A stretch of DNA of 62,154 bases. It comes from Chiloscyllium plagiosum. Taxonomy: Eukaryota. The position numbers were made by a program, and so were the translations under genes. This document shows, piece by piece, positions 26,815-39,454 of the stretch. The DNA lies in assembly GCF_004010195.1 (NCBI RefSeq), contig NC_057711.1, positions 69,069,619-69,131,772 of the forward strand, written 5' to 3'. Within the stretch, counting starts at the first letter, position 1, and each line of letters opens with the position of its first letter. Below the pieces are notes generated by a model. The model ran no database searches. It was not told where the DNA came from and saw only the letters and a list, made by a program, of their open reading frames with translations.

Positions 26815-26936
26815 AAAACCAAGGCTTGCACTCATACTGTGCTTTTCACCTCTATTGATTGTCTGAAGTACTTTACAGTCAATGATGTATTTTTGATGTG
26901 TAACCATGTTTGCAATGTAGGAAATGCAAAAAACTA
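26815..26936 (-). mobile_element. DeuSINE/SacSINE1-like relic, 3' part
   Basis: cttgcactcatactgtgcttttca...tactttacagtcaatgatgta...aatgtaggaaatgc matches the remembered tail; a similar relic lies near 42255-42370. Confidence 0.65.
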
Positions 26937-26959
26937 AAACGTTGTTATCTTTTACATAG

Positions 26960-27031
26960 GATTTGAAACCAGATTATATTTCTAAAACTGCACTTCAGAG
27001 AAACCTCAATTTTGAAATAGTCTGCAAAAAG
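26960..27031 (+). CDS. Putative internal coding exon (72 nt, phase 0-0), DLKPDYISKTALQRNLNFEIVCKK, gene unidentified
   Basis: Acceptor ttatcttttacatag, donor AAG/gtaaga, length a multiple of 3, and only one open frame. Confidence 0.6.
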
Positions 27032-27159
27032 GTAAGACTTTTGAATGAATTTGTCAATGTTTGAAAAAGTGCTTGTGACCAGGTACATGCTTCAAATTCC
27101 AGGCTTGTGCTTCTGCAGAAATGGTAACAAAAATAAATAAAATATCTACATGCACACAT

Positions 27160-27265
27160 TAAATTGCTAACTGTGACTTTTCACAAATAGCAATCTGATA
27201 CTGAAGACATATTTCACTGTATTCTGCTACAAATTTTGGCCAGGATACTAGGGTGAACTCACTAG
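27160..27265 (-). mobile_element. DeuSINE/SacSINE1-like relic, continuation of 26815-26936
   Basis: aaattgc...cacaaatagcaat...aaattttggccaggatactagggtgaactc follows on directly in the remembered consensus. Confidence 0.6.
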
Positions 27266-30200
27266 CAGATATGAATACTACAACAATAATAAAATAGTTA
27301 TAGAGCTGGACCTGCTCCTGCTTAATCTTGACACACAAGATTAATTAGAAATTTTGTGTGGAATTCCACATCTCTCTGTTGAATGAAATGAAAACTATAA
27401 GTGAAGTAAAACACACAGAATACACTGACAAAGTGAATATATTAAAGTGTGTAGAGCATCAGATCAAAACAAATATAAATACAAAGAAAAAATAAAGAAT
27501 GTAGTACAAAGGATATCAATACCAGAGAATATGTAACCAGAAGGAGAGAAAATTAGAGAGCTAATAAAAAATTTAGTATGACCCCAAATGTATGAGAGTC
27601 AAATGGGGAACAATGTAATTCGTAACAAGAAGACAAGATAAGTAGATAGTTATAGAAAAATAGAGGTTTTCACAGGCTATGCAATGTAAGATCACCTGTA
27701 TATATTTCATTTCATTACATGCCAGTCTTGTGATTGAGGGATCTTCTGATTTGCACTGAGCAACACAATTAGTTTTCAATTAGCTGAAATATTAGAAAAA
27801 ATGTTTTGTTACAATTATTGTACTAATTAACCTCAATCAATTGCATTGAGTTCATTTGTTCATCAGAGTACTTTTTACCTCATTCATGTATGGTTAAACT
27901 GGATCTATAAGTGAAGCATTTTGGTCCAAGCAAGTCAATATCATGCCTGAGTCAGTGCAGTGTGCTTTCATTGGCCTTCTGTCATCCTAACTAATAGAAT
28001 AAATTTTGTTCTCATGCAATCTTGCCATTTCCTTATGTGAATACACAGTAATTTCATTTTAAGTTGTGGAGTGTTTTCATTGTCTTTGAGTATTGCCAAT
28101 GATCGTTTAATGGAATGGATCTGACTGTCACTTCACACATGGGAGACACAGATTAGAGATTTGAAGCAAATATGTGAGACTACAATGACAACCAACATAA
28201 TAGTTCATCTATTGAGAGATTTTAAATGTCATGATCACTTAATACCATGTTTTACCTAATTATAGTATCCTCACAGTCAAAGTTTGTGCTAGACCTTGAT
28301 AAACGCTACATAAACCTGCAAAAAAACCTGCATAAAAACAAATATAACTTACAAAATAAAAAAGGATTTTTTGTTGTTTAGTTAAGCTGCAAAATAATAC
28401 TAAGATACCATTTGCTACATAATACTGACTGACACTTAGAAGGTTAAAAGGAGTATAGATCAGCTCACTCCTATTATACTTGTAGCAAGACCCAGGAAAG
28501 TGGTCTATAATTTTCACCAATTACATCATTGACATTACAAAGCTGTATTTCTTTTAAAATGGTAATTCTAGTTATTTGCAATTCAGATTTTTGATTTATC
28601 CCATTGTTGTCAGTGCAATCATTAGACATTAGTTTTCTTCAAAGACTGTGTTTATAATAGTTATTCTGTTGGCATTATCATATAGTCACTTGTAAACATC
28701 TGAATTAGAAGCAGGAGTGGACACGTCATCCCCTCCAGCCTGATTAATAAGATCACGTCTGATCTAATTTCTCCATATTCCCGCCTGATAACTCTGTACT
28801 TCCTTGCTTATCAAGAATCTAAACCAACACCTCTTATGAGTGTGTTACTCTGCATTGACTGAGAATTTAAATTCAAAATATTTAAATTCACAAGTAGTAT
28901 CATACTTCAAATATTACTTTTTCCATTCTGGCAATATTGATGGTAGCATAATGGTTAGTAAACAAAATACTTGTTTGTACTTCCTCCTTGAATTTCCTTT
29001 CCAGGACTAGATTTCTTTTTCTCTGCACTTGTAATGACTGGTAAATGACAATAGCTATAAAATTAATCGTGAATATGGAGTTCTAAGGCCAACAGCTGTT
29101 GTTACCATATACACCTGTAATATTGTAAAACATCCCAAAGATTTTTCTGCTATTAGCAAACAAAATTTTACTCTGATCTACTGAGATGTTAGAGCAGGCA
29201 ATCAAAATCCATGAGATAGTTTTAACATTGCTGGCTTGCTGCTTTTTACTGATTTGGTTTTTCTATTGGTATGTAACACATAATAAAGTTCAGCTTTCTT
29301 ATACAAACTGAAATAGGCTTTGCAACCTTTAATTGCATGCAGTTCAAAAGTAAGACTTGTTAACTTATTAACATAAAAGTCTAGACTTATGTTATTCTCT
29401 CTCAGTACTACTCCAGTTATAAACTGCTGTTCACAGTTGCTGTCCATATAATGTCTGAACAACTCCCTGGTGCATTTTTTGTGTATGTTTGGATTGAAAG
29501 TGAAATAAACCTCTGGGCAATTGAGCTTGTAGCACAGATGACATAGATTATGTCATGTGATCTAGATGAATGCTGTAAATGCATTTGTAAGAATAGTGCT
29601 AGCCAGTTCAGCCCCTTGATTAGTTGTTGTCCTTTGATTCAATTAGATCATTACATAATGGTTCCCTCAAAAAAGATCAACTGGATTAGGTGGTGAAGAC
29701 CTCCCTTCACAAATCCACTGCTGATTCTCTGAAATCAACTCAAACTTGTCCAGTGTTCGGTGTCCTTCACTTTTACTGTTTACCTTCTAGTCTGTTGACT
29801 ACACCAAATGGCACATGATTTTCTTCAAAAACTCTCAAGATGCTTGGCTCGATGTATCATTTTATTTCCTCTAAAGTCTATCTGAACTTTGCTTAGATTT
29901 GTAATCTTTGATTTACATGCTAAGCTGCATAGTCTTTGTCAAGTAATAGTTTTCTAGCCATGGTATACTCACATTAAAATCTCTCTCTTGTGTTAGAATC
30001 CAAATCTTCTCAGAGTGCCAACTAATTCTTCTTTGCACTCTCCTTTATACAAATCGTTCTTGTTGTTACCTTTTTCAGCCAGCTGTGGTGCACTGACTTC
30101 CTTTCACAACATGGAATTAGACATGATTATTGCAAAGGCGTCATTCTTATCTAAGTGTTCTCACAGTTATGACCTGAATTCGTTTAGTTTTGTTCTTGCC

Positions 30201-30981
30201 TGTTCTATTTGTTCTCTGCCAAACATTATATGGCATTTATGCACCTTAACATTTTCAGTTTCACTTACCTGTGGTAGCCATAGTATCATTAGTACTAAAA
30301 CTAATATAGAAGCACATTTCTCTTCTACATACTTGATAGAGCTATAAATCTTGCTTTAAATCTAGACAGTATTTATTGACTCATTAAAAAAAAAACACAA
30401 GCCAATTTCTACGATGTTCTTTTTTGGGAAAAACTCGGTTAGTTACATTACTTTTAGCTATATTAGACAATCTTTTTCCTAACCATTTCATTGTTTGAAC
30501 AATTTAAGTTTGAGAGGCTTAGTTCCTAGATGATAAATGCAATATATACTCGAATGAGGACTTTAGTTAACCGAGGAGAAAAATCAATAAAGCAGAATAT
30601 GGATGATTTGTTTTGTCAACTTGCTTGTTCCCAAGCTTTTTACCCATTGACAGATGATATAGTAGTTAACAATAAAGTGCAGCTGTGGGAATATCCTATG
30701 GAAAATGGAGTACTACGATGGATTATCACTGTGTAATGAGCAATAACAACATTAGTATTAGTTCTTGCGTTAATACCTTACTTTAATACAAACATCTGGT
30801 TAAGATAACTTCAACTTTTGATAAAGAAAACTGAGATGCTAATTTTAGTGAAAGAGATTGTAATGCAAGTCATGGCAAACAAGTCTAAAATTAGCCTAAC
30901 CATAAACCTATGGTGCAATTCTGGCTACCCAGATTATTATTATGAGAGTCACACCCTCTTAGTTGGCATAAATGCTCAACA

Positions 30982-31115
30982 CAAGTTCATTATGGAAGGT
31001 CACAGACCTGAAATGTTAAATTAGTTTCAGTCTCCTTATATACTGGTAGACTTACTGAGAATCTCCACTTTCTGTTTTTATTTGAGTTTCAGTGTTTACA
31101 GTATTGTTCTTTTGG
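30982..31115 (+). mobile_element. Old solo pLTR with TSD
   Basis: Decayed core ttatggaaggtcacagacctgaaatgtt; exact 13-bp TSD taaatgctcaaca at 30969-30981 and 31116-31128. Confidence 0.75.
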
Positions 31116-31504
31116 TAAATGCTCAACATACTGTCTTTCTTTGATCAATTCCATATTTTTTTCACAGTCAACACTTGCTACTTATTTCTTTGTTTGAAAG
31201 GCTTGTGTTTTTTGGATCCATTTCCGCCCCTACATTGAGTTCATGGCACAAATCAAACATTTCTACTGTGAAAGAGAACTACCCTTGATTCCCATAGCAA
31301 TGATGAATCATTCCTAAACTTTTGTTACTTCAAAGCATGTTTCAAACATGACTTAAACTTGAGAGTCTCCTTTCTTTCATTAATTATTTGAAATCTTTCC
31401 ATCAGTTATAAATTCAAGAAGCACCACTCCAGACAAACTAATACTGTTAACCTATTTTGGCTGGTGAATTCTAACTATATTATCTTACCCATTTTTCTCA
31501 TCCT

Positions 31505-31848
31505 GAGAATTTATTTTATTTGTTCATGGGATGTGATATTGATGCATCTATTGCCTATCTCTTGTTGCCCAGAGGGCAGTTTGATAGTTAGTCTCATATT
31601 GCAATGAGTCTAAAGCCACATTGAGGGGAGACTAGGTAAGGATGGAAGTTTCTTTTCCTAAGCACTTTACTGAACGAGAATGGATTTCTATAACAATCAA
31701 CAGTGGTTTCATGGTCATCGTTAGACTAGCTTTCTTTTTTACTATTTTTTAATTGAATTTGAGTTTCATCTGCCACATTGAGATTCAAACCCCTGTCTCC
31801 AGAATTAATTCTGGTTTACTACTGATATTACCACTACACCACTGCTCC
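31505..31848 (-). mobile_element. tRNA-derived SINE sharing both ends with LINE family B
   Basis: Head tggtgtagtggtaat...ggtttgaatc matches 13644 onward; tail ...cacatcccatgaacaaat matches the family B 3' end at 48838 and near 60960. Confidence 0.75.
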
Positions 31849-32744
31849 TAATTACGACATATAGAAGCATCAGACCAGTCCACTATAAGAATCCTGAAGG
31901 TCTCGGAACTTGGCTTAAACATAAATATGTTTAAACATTGAGAAACGACACCAAAATGAAAGGTGCAAACCAATTTCAGGTTAATAGTAAGTATAAATAA
32001 TTATATATTATGATGTAAAATGGTTTATATATATTAATATAACTTACTTTAGCATTTGAATTTTGAAGTAGTGCCTTGTGGATTTGTCTGAAGTCAATGA
32101 ATCTGAAGAAATGTACAAGTTAACTTGCCAGTCTTTCTGCAGCCACTATTTTAAACCAATATGTGCCAGAGAGCACCTGACTCAGGGATCCTCTTGGAAT
32201 GGTAATGGAAATTTGTTGTATTATGAGAGTTTTAAGTGTGGAGAAAACAAACATTGAAAAGCATTAGCTTGCTTTTGATTTAAAAGAATAAAGAATTATT
32301 TTGTTCTTCATTTGTATTTTTCTTAGGAAATGAATCCATAGATTAGAAAGCTTCTGGTTCAGTTTATATAAGACTTGGTCAGACATAAAAAACATTTCCA
32401 TAGAGAAAAGAGTTAGTTGAGGATAGTTAGGAAATAGGTTACGGCAGTGTAAGAGCTTTAGTTTGAAAAGTCCAAACCAGAGGTGTATGGTTATTTGAAG
32501 CTAAGGATGTTGAAGCTCAGTTTTGTAAATATTCAAGGAAAAAATTATGTAATTCTCAAGACTATACAGAAATGAAAGGAACAATTAAGTCAAACTTATA
32601 GATGTGATAGAAAAAGGCACTCTCTTGCTGATATGAGTTTTGTAAAATGATAGTGTTATGATAAATAGTATTTTATTGTGCCATACGTTTTGAAACCGTT
32701 ACAGCAATGTTATATGTAAATATCTTGATTTGCCCTATTTTATT

Positions 32745-33100
32745 GTGGAGTTTATACAATCCTGAGAAGCATAGATAAGATGAATTGTAATGGTCTTTTC
32801 CCTATGGTAGGAGAGCTCAAAACTAAAAGGCATTGGTTTAAGGTGAAAGAGGAAAGATTTAAAAGGGACAACTTTTTTCACACACAGGGTGGATTGCATA
32901 CTTGGAATGAACTGCCGGAGGAAGTGTTCGATGCAAGTACACTTACAACATTTAAAAGACATTTGGCCAGGGACATGAATAGGATAGTTGAGAGGGATAT
33001 GGCTCAAATAGAAGCAAATAGGAACTAGTTTAGTTTGGAAACCTGGTTGGCATGAACAAGTTGGGCCAAAGGGTCTGTTTCCATGCTGTATGCCTCTATT
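32745..33100 (+). mobile_element. CR1/HER1 3' fragment
   Basis: FFHTQ..TWNELPEEV..TTFKRHL motif and the 3' UTR. Confidence 0.9.
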
Positions 33101-34336
33101 GTCATTTCTTTTGTGTATGAAACTTGATTTATTGTTAAAACTGAAGCTGCAGTATCACAGACTTATTTTTCAGTGAAAGACCACTGGATTAAATGGGTTT
33201 TTATTAAACATGATTTGAAAAGTAAAATTTCAGTTTGGGATTTGACTTGTCCAGTACTAACATAGCTAGCATCATAACAATTTCTTTTTGGTTTTGCTAA
33301 AAGGCTGTAATAACTAGCTGTTTAATATATAATGAAAATTGGCCATTTGGATGTCTGCTGTTTATCATCCTTATTTTTGGATTATTGCTACAGGCGTTGA
33401 TTGTAGTATGCTTTTTTTTAGGTTGCTTTTTAATTCACAAGATCTGGGCAATACCATATTTGCTAGTCATTGCATTTATTATCTACTTGGAGAAAGGTTT
33501 ACATTTAACTTCTACTTCTCTTGTCCTTTCCTAATTTTCAGAGCATTTTCCTGTTACCGTCTCCAATGGAGTCCTTTTTTTCATTTGTCCTCTGAGGTAT
33601 CAATCTTGTGTTAGACCTGGACTCAGGCAAGTGAAGAGTATTCCCGCTTCCATCACATTCCTGACTTGTGCATTGTTGATAGTAAACAAAATTTATGGAG
33701 TCTATTATTTTCCACAGAATCTGGCATGTTGTTAAATGTTGTTAAATGTCGAGAGACAATTACATCTGCAGTTGTTTGGGATGGTGTTTACTTGCCAATT
33801 ATGGGGCAAGAATGTTACTTGCCACTATCAGCCCAAGTCTAAAGTTTGCTGCAGTGTATTAGCGTATGCCTGTATGGAAGGATTGGATCTAACGAGTTAA
33901 TGTGATACTGGGCAATGTGCACGCATCTCTAACCTTTACTGTGTGATTATCAAGGAATGTCTGATTGCATCGAATACAGGAAAGGCTATCGACCATGACA
34001 ACATTCTAGATGTACACAGCCCGCCATTTACAAGGCATGTGTCAGGAGTGTGAAGAAATGCTCTTCAATTGCCTCTCCAACATGTCTCAAAAAGCTTGAC
34101 ATCACTCAAAACGAAGTAAGCCACTTAATCAGCAAACTCTCCACAATCTTAAAAACTCACTTACTTCACCTCTGACACACAGTGATATCAAAGGTCCCTT
34201 CTAGCCACACATCATTTTACCTTGGAACAATATCACTGTTCCTTCTCCTTTGCTGGATCAAGATCCTGAAATTCGCTGTCTAACAGCATGGTGGGTGTAC
34301 CAAACCATGTGAACGACAGAGGTAGATAATTTTGTT

Positions 34337-34542
34337 CTGGATCAGTGGTGCTGGAAGAGCACAGCAATTCAGGCAGAATCCGACGAGCAGCAAAATCGAC
34401 GTTTCGGGGAAAAGCCCTTCATCAGGGCTTTTGCCCGAAACGTCGATTTTGCTGCTCGGCGGATGCTGCCTGAATTGCTGTGCTCTTCCAGCACCACTGA
34501 TCCAGAATCTGGTTTCCAGCATCTGCAGTCATTGTTTTTACC
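34337..34542. mobile_element. Young palindromic pLTR mini-element with 14-bp TSD
   Basis: 84-bp arms (34335-34418 and 34424-34507, 3 mismatches); TSD tagataattttgtt at 34323-34336 and 34543-34556. Confidence 0.95.
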
Positions 34543-34817
34543 TAGATAATTTTGTTGTTGGTATGTAGCCAGGTCAGCATTTATTGCCCATCCTAATTTT
34601 CATTAAGAAAATGCTTTGCAGTAACTCGCTTGTCAAGCAATGTCCAAAACCAATAAGAAAGAATTTAGTCACTGCAGAATTCCTAGAGTTTGACTCTTGT
34701 AGCCATAGTAGTCCCCTAACCCTTGAAATTCAATGGCATTACTATCACTGAATTCCCCCACTATCAATGTGCTGAGGCATACCATTAACCAAAAACTGAA
34801 CTGAATAAACCAACCTG

Positions 34818-35115
34818 GGCAACAGGTTGGCTCAGTGGTTAGCACTGCTGCCTCACAACACCAGGGATCCAGGTTTGACTCCACCCTTAGGCGACTGTGT
34901 AAAGTTTGCATGTTCTCCCGTGTCTGTGTGGGTTTGCTCCAGGTTCTCCAGTTTCCTCCCACAGTCAAAAGATGTGCAGGTTCGGCAGGTTAGCCATGGT
35001 AAATGCAGGGTTACAGAGATAGAGTAAAGAGATGCGTCTGGGTGGGAGGCTGTTCGGAGGGTCGGTGTGACTCAATCAGTCAAATGGCCTACTTCCACAC
35101 TGTAGTGATTCTATA
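34818..35115 (+). mobile_element. HE1-type V-SINE
   Basis: tggctcagtggttagcactgctgcctcaca head, V-domain and tail. Confidence 0.93.
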
Positions 35116-35304
35116 TAAATACAATGGCTGCAAGAGTCAGTCAGAGTCTAGGAATTCTGCAATGAGGAACTCACCACCTAATTACCAAAAAATTGTCCAC
35201 ATCTACAAGGCACACTTCAGTAGTGCACTGGAATATTTGCATTTGACTGGATGAGTCCAGCTCCAGCAGCACTCAACCTGACACATTCCAGGACATTGAG
35301 TGAA

Positions 35305-36272
35305 GTCAGTCATAGTTTTAGCAGCGCACAAAGGCTCTTTGATCCATTTGATTCATACTGGTCATCAAGTCTCCAACAACTTGGCCCTTAGCTTCATAGG
35401 CTATGGTGCTTGAGGTGATTATCCAAATAATTCCTATATATGGTGATGGTTCCTGCTTCTACCACCCTTTTCAGGCAGTGAATTATAAATACCCACCTCT
35501 GTCCAAGTGAACAAAACTTCCTTAAATCCCCTCTAAATCTCCTGCCTTAAATTAATCCCCCATAGTTATTGATCCCTCTGGAAAGGAATTCCCTATCTAC
35601 CTTAGCTGTGCCCCTCATAATTTTGAATGTCTCAGTCAGCCCACACCACCCCACAAACTCCCAGCCCTCTCTGCTCTAAGGGGGAAAAAAAAACTATCTA
35701 GTGTCTCTTCAAAGCTCATGTGTGGCAACCAAATCTGCACACAGTGCTCTGGCCTAACAAATGTTATATGCAGCTCCACCTTAACCTCCCTACTCTTGTA
35801 TACATTGCCTTAACTAATTAAGGCAAGAACCACCTTACTGCCTTAACCACCTTATCCTGTCCTGCTATTTTACCATTCATCATTTATTCCCGTATGTTGT
35901 TAGCCCTTTCAAAATACAATACCTCTCACTTTTCAGGGTTAAGTTCCACTTGATATTGTTCTGTCCATCTGACAAGCCCATTTATATTGTCCTGTCATCC
36001 AAGGCTTTCCTCTTCCCTATTTACACTAAGTTTTGTATCACCTATGCATTTACTGATCAAAGGTCATTAATGCCCTCTACAAGCAGCAAGGGATCCAACA
36101 CCAAAGCTGTGGTACGCCACTGAACATAGGTTTCCAGTCACAAAAACAGCCTTTTACCATCACCACCTGCATCCTGCGACAACGCCAATCTTGAATCTAA
36201 TTTGCTTAGATCCCATGGTCTGTTAGCTTTTTGACCAGCCTTCCAACTGTGACCTTGTCAATAGCCTTGCAA
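35305..36272 (-). mobile_element. Older CR1 3' fragment
   Basis: Minus-strand gtggcgtaccacagctttggtgttgg (GVPQ..VL) region and CR1 3' end. Confidence 0.75.
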
Positions 36273-36545
36273 AATGATACATTCAGCCCTTATTTTAATA
36301 TGCCTGTATTTGGAATGAAATTGGCTGTATAAACTTGCCTTTCTGTAATTGCAACCTTCTATCTGTAGTGGTGTGGTTAGGAAGGGTGCAGCACACATTT
36401 TTACACAGCAGTTTGCATTATAATTGTGAACTTAAGTTTATAACAAAAATATTGACTAAAATTGTATGCAAGTATAAAATTCTTGTTATTTCTCATCAAT
36501 GTAAACAGTGTGTGGGAGAGGTGTGGAAGTGGTAGATGGGGAATA

Positions 36546-36795
36546 CCCTATCCTTGTAACCCTGCATTTACCATGGATATTCTACCGAGCCTGCACGTTT
36601 CAGGACAATTTGGCATGGCCAATCCATCTAACCTGTGCATCTTCAAACTGGCGGAAGAAACTGGAGAACCTGGAGGAAATCCACACAGATTCTGGGAGAA
36701 TGCGCAAACTCCACACAGACTGTTACTCAAGGATGGAATTGAACCCTGATCCCTAGTGCTGTGAGGCAGCAGTGCTAACCACTGAGCCACTGTAC
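36546..36795 (-). mobile_element. HE1-type V-SINE
   Basis: Head and V-domain on the minus strand. Confidence 0.9.
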
Positions 36796-39454
36796 CAGTC
36801 CCTGCTGCTTTTAGCCTGGTTCCCTTTCTTCTCAATGACCCCTTGTCACTTCCTTAATCTTTGAAAAAATAACTAAGCCTCATATTTTAGTATTATTTTC
36901 AAACATTGTCATCTGTCCTTCTCCACCCATACTCAAAATATAAAGAAAACAGTTGAGCCACAACTGAACTTGGTGGGACAACACTCCTGATTTTGATTTC
37001 TAACCAGTTTGAAATGACCTCATAACTCCGGTTTGTTTTTGCTCTTCAAACCAATTTTTAATCGCTTTACTCCCCCTCTTTTTAATTTTCTTTAGTAATC
37101 TTGTGTGACGTTGACAAAGGCTTTTCTGAACTCTCCACACACTGTGCTCAATAAGTTTCGACATCAACTGCTCAAATAATTCTGAGGTTTGCCAAACACA
37201 GTCATCCCTTTTGAAACAGTGATCTTCACTTCCAACTGTTTTTCTTTATCTAGACATATGGTAATTTCATTCTTAATTAAAGACTTCAGGGTTTTTTTTC
37301 CCTACCACAGGTGTTGAGCTGACTGGCCTGTAATTACGAGATTATCTCTGTCTCCCATTTTAAAAATGGATATTACATTGGCTATTCTCCAGTCCTCTGA
37401 CAAGCATCCACATTTGAATCATCCAGGAACATAAATCCTTTGGACACCACAATTTCCTTCGCTGTCTGCCATCAAATCCGGCCCTGGTACTTTGTATTCC
37501 TTTCAGAGAAGCAGATGTGGGCCATTCAGCCCATCGAGGCTCCTCTATCATTCAGTAAGATTTTGGCTGATTTGGTCGTGCTTGTGGTCTCAGCTTCACT
37601 TTCCTGTTTATACCCTATAGCCTTTGACCCCTTTGTCAAAAATCTATCTCACTTAACCTTTAAAGACTCAGCTCTCATGACCTTCTGAAGAAGAGGATTC
37701 CACTTGATCAGTTGAGAGCAAACTTAGTTTAATTCAATGAATGTATTTTTTTATCTACTAACTTGTTCTGAAGTACACCAGGATGCACCTCCTTTCTAGT
37801 ATTCTGTTTTTAGTAAAATACTGTAATATAGTTCTTAACTGCATTTATTATTTTTGATCATCTATTCATTTCCGTTTGTCTGTTGTTCCAAACCACATCA
37901 ATTTGCACAGTGAACATAGAAGCAGACTTTTGCGTTTGGTGTCAAAAATTGCATAGAACTGCAAAGGGCATAAGGCACAGAAACTGTGGGTCCAGTCCAA
38001 CAGTCTATTGCTTATTCTCCATTGGAATCTCCTCTCCCCTTCTTCATCTAAATCAATCATCATAATACACTTTTCCTTTCTGCCTCAGATGGTTGTCTTG
38101 CTTTCCCTTAAATGCTCAGACTGAATGTGCTTTCAGTGTTTGGTTTCTTAACCTTTTCATTCATTTTCCAGCATGGATCCTTGACCGAAACTAAGTTGTT
38201 TAATAAAGGACATTCAAATAGGGTACATACATACAGATCGCATTAAGATTTGGCAGCTGTCTCAAATATGTAACTTGGGCATCCTTTGGGAAGTCCCCTA
38301 AGGTCAGTGTAATGTCAACAAAATTTTTTTTTTATCCCATTATGCATTCATGAGGCGTGGGCATCACTAACAAGGCCATCCTTTGATGCCTATCCCTACT
38401 TGCCCTTTAGAAGGTGTCAGTAAGCTGGTTTCCTGAACCGCTGCAGTTCATTTAGTATGAGCACACAATCAGCGCATATAGACCCATCACCAAACTGCTT
38501 CCATTTCATATTCAGTATGTTGGATCACTTGAAATGGTTATCTAGATTATTTTGAGAAATGAACTGGTTGCATTATTGGAAGTAGACTGGCAAAGTGGAA
38601 TAGGAAGACTCAAAACAATTTTTAGCTAATGAAGGAAGACAAAGGGACCAAAAAAACGATTCTTCACTTGCCTGAAAGCTTTATCTTTTTGCAAACTTGT
38701 GAAAATCCACAGCTCTCGTTGTTGAAGTTGACATGTGATGTTTGCAATGCAAACTTCTCAGAAATCTGTGGCTTTAATAAATCTTTTGCAGCCTTTAGAC
38801 TGTTCAAGTCCCAGAGAATTCTCAGATAAAACTCAATTTTGAGTAATTTGACATTTTGTTTTTACTTATTTATGTTAGAATATAATTAAATTGTTGGAGT
38901 TCTGAATATTTTTATTTTCGTTTCTGAATTTTGTTACTTTGCCCTTTCAGATTTCAGGTAATTTCCATGATTAAATTTAGCTGGTATATATTTAGGATTG
39001 CTTTACTAGACCATACAAATATAACAACATAACTATAGGAAATTTATTTTACTGTTTAATAACTTCCTCTGCTATATCTGACTCAGCTATAATTGTGGCC
39101 CTTCATGCCTATGCACCCCTAGTTACCACATGGAGGGTCTAGTTCAAAAGCCCCCTGCCTCTAGCCTCAGTGACTCTGTCGCTGTTAACCTGACATTTTC
39201 CACAATTGGTGAGGGTCTGCTCTGCAGCATTAACTCTCTAAGTCGCTCCTAATTGGAGCATTAAGTATGTAAATTGGCTGCCTTTCTCTATGATATGGAT
39301 AGATAATCCATCTCCCATGTAGCCCTGTGGAAACATCCCTGCTGGTGGCACTGTAGTGGGAAGCTGGCCCTATATAGCTTCCCAATATTTTCCTGCCTCC
39401 CCCTCCCTGGAAATCCTCCAACCCTTTGACCATGTCACTAGGAAATTCATCACT

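Larger units (their letters stand above)
33620..35290. mobile_element. Fragmented LINE family B 3' pieces in both orientations (host of the 34337 and 34818 insertions)
   Basis: catttacaaggcatgtgtcaggagtgtg and catctacaaggcac segments match 60490-60560; 33620-33900 is antisense. Confidence 0.55.

Noticed and set aside
26960..26975. DLKP as a protein-kinase catalytic loop
   Set aside because: The conserved Asn (DLKPxN) is absent and the downstream residues do not fit, so no gene symbol was assigned.
30262..30345. Minus-strand exon with donor CAG/gtaagt
   Set aside because: It seems to lie in very decayed CR1-like sequence and has no supporting partner exon.
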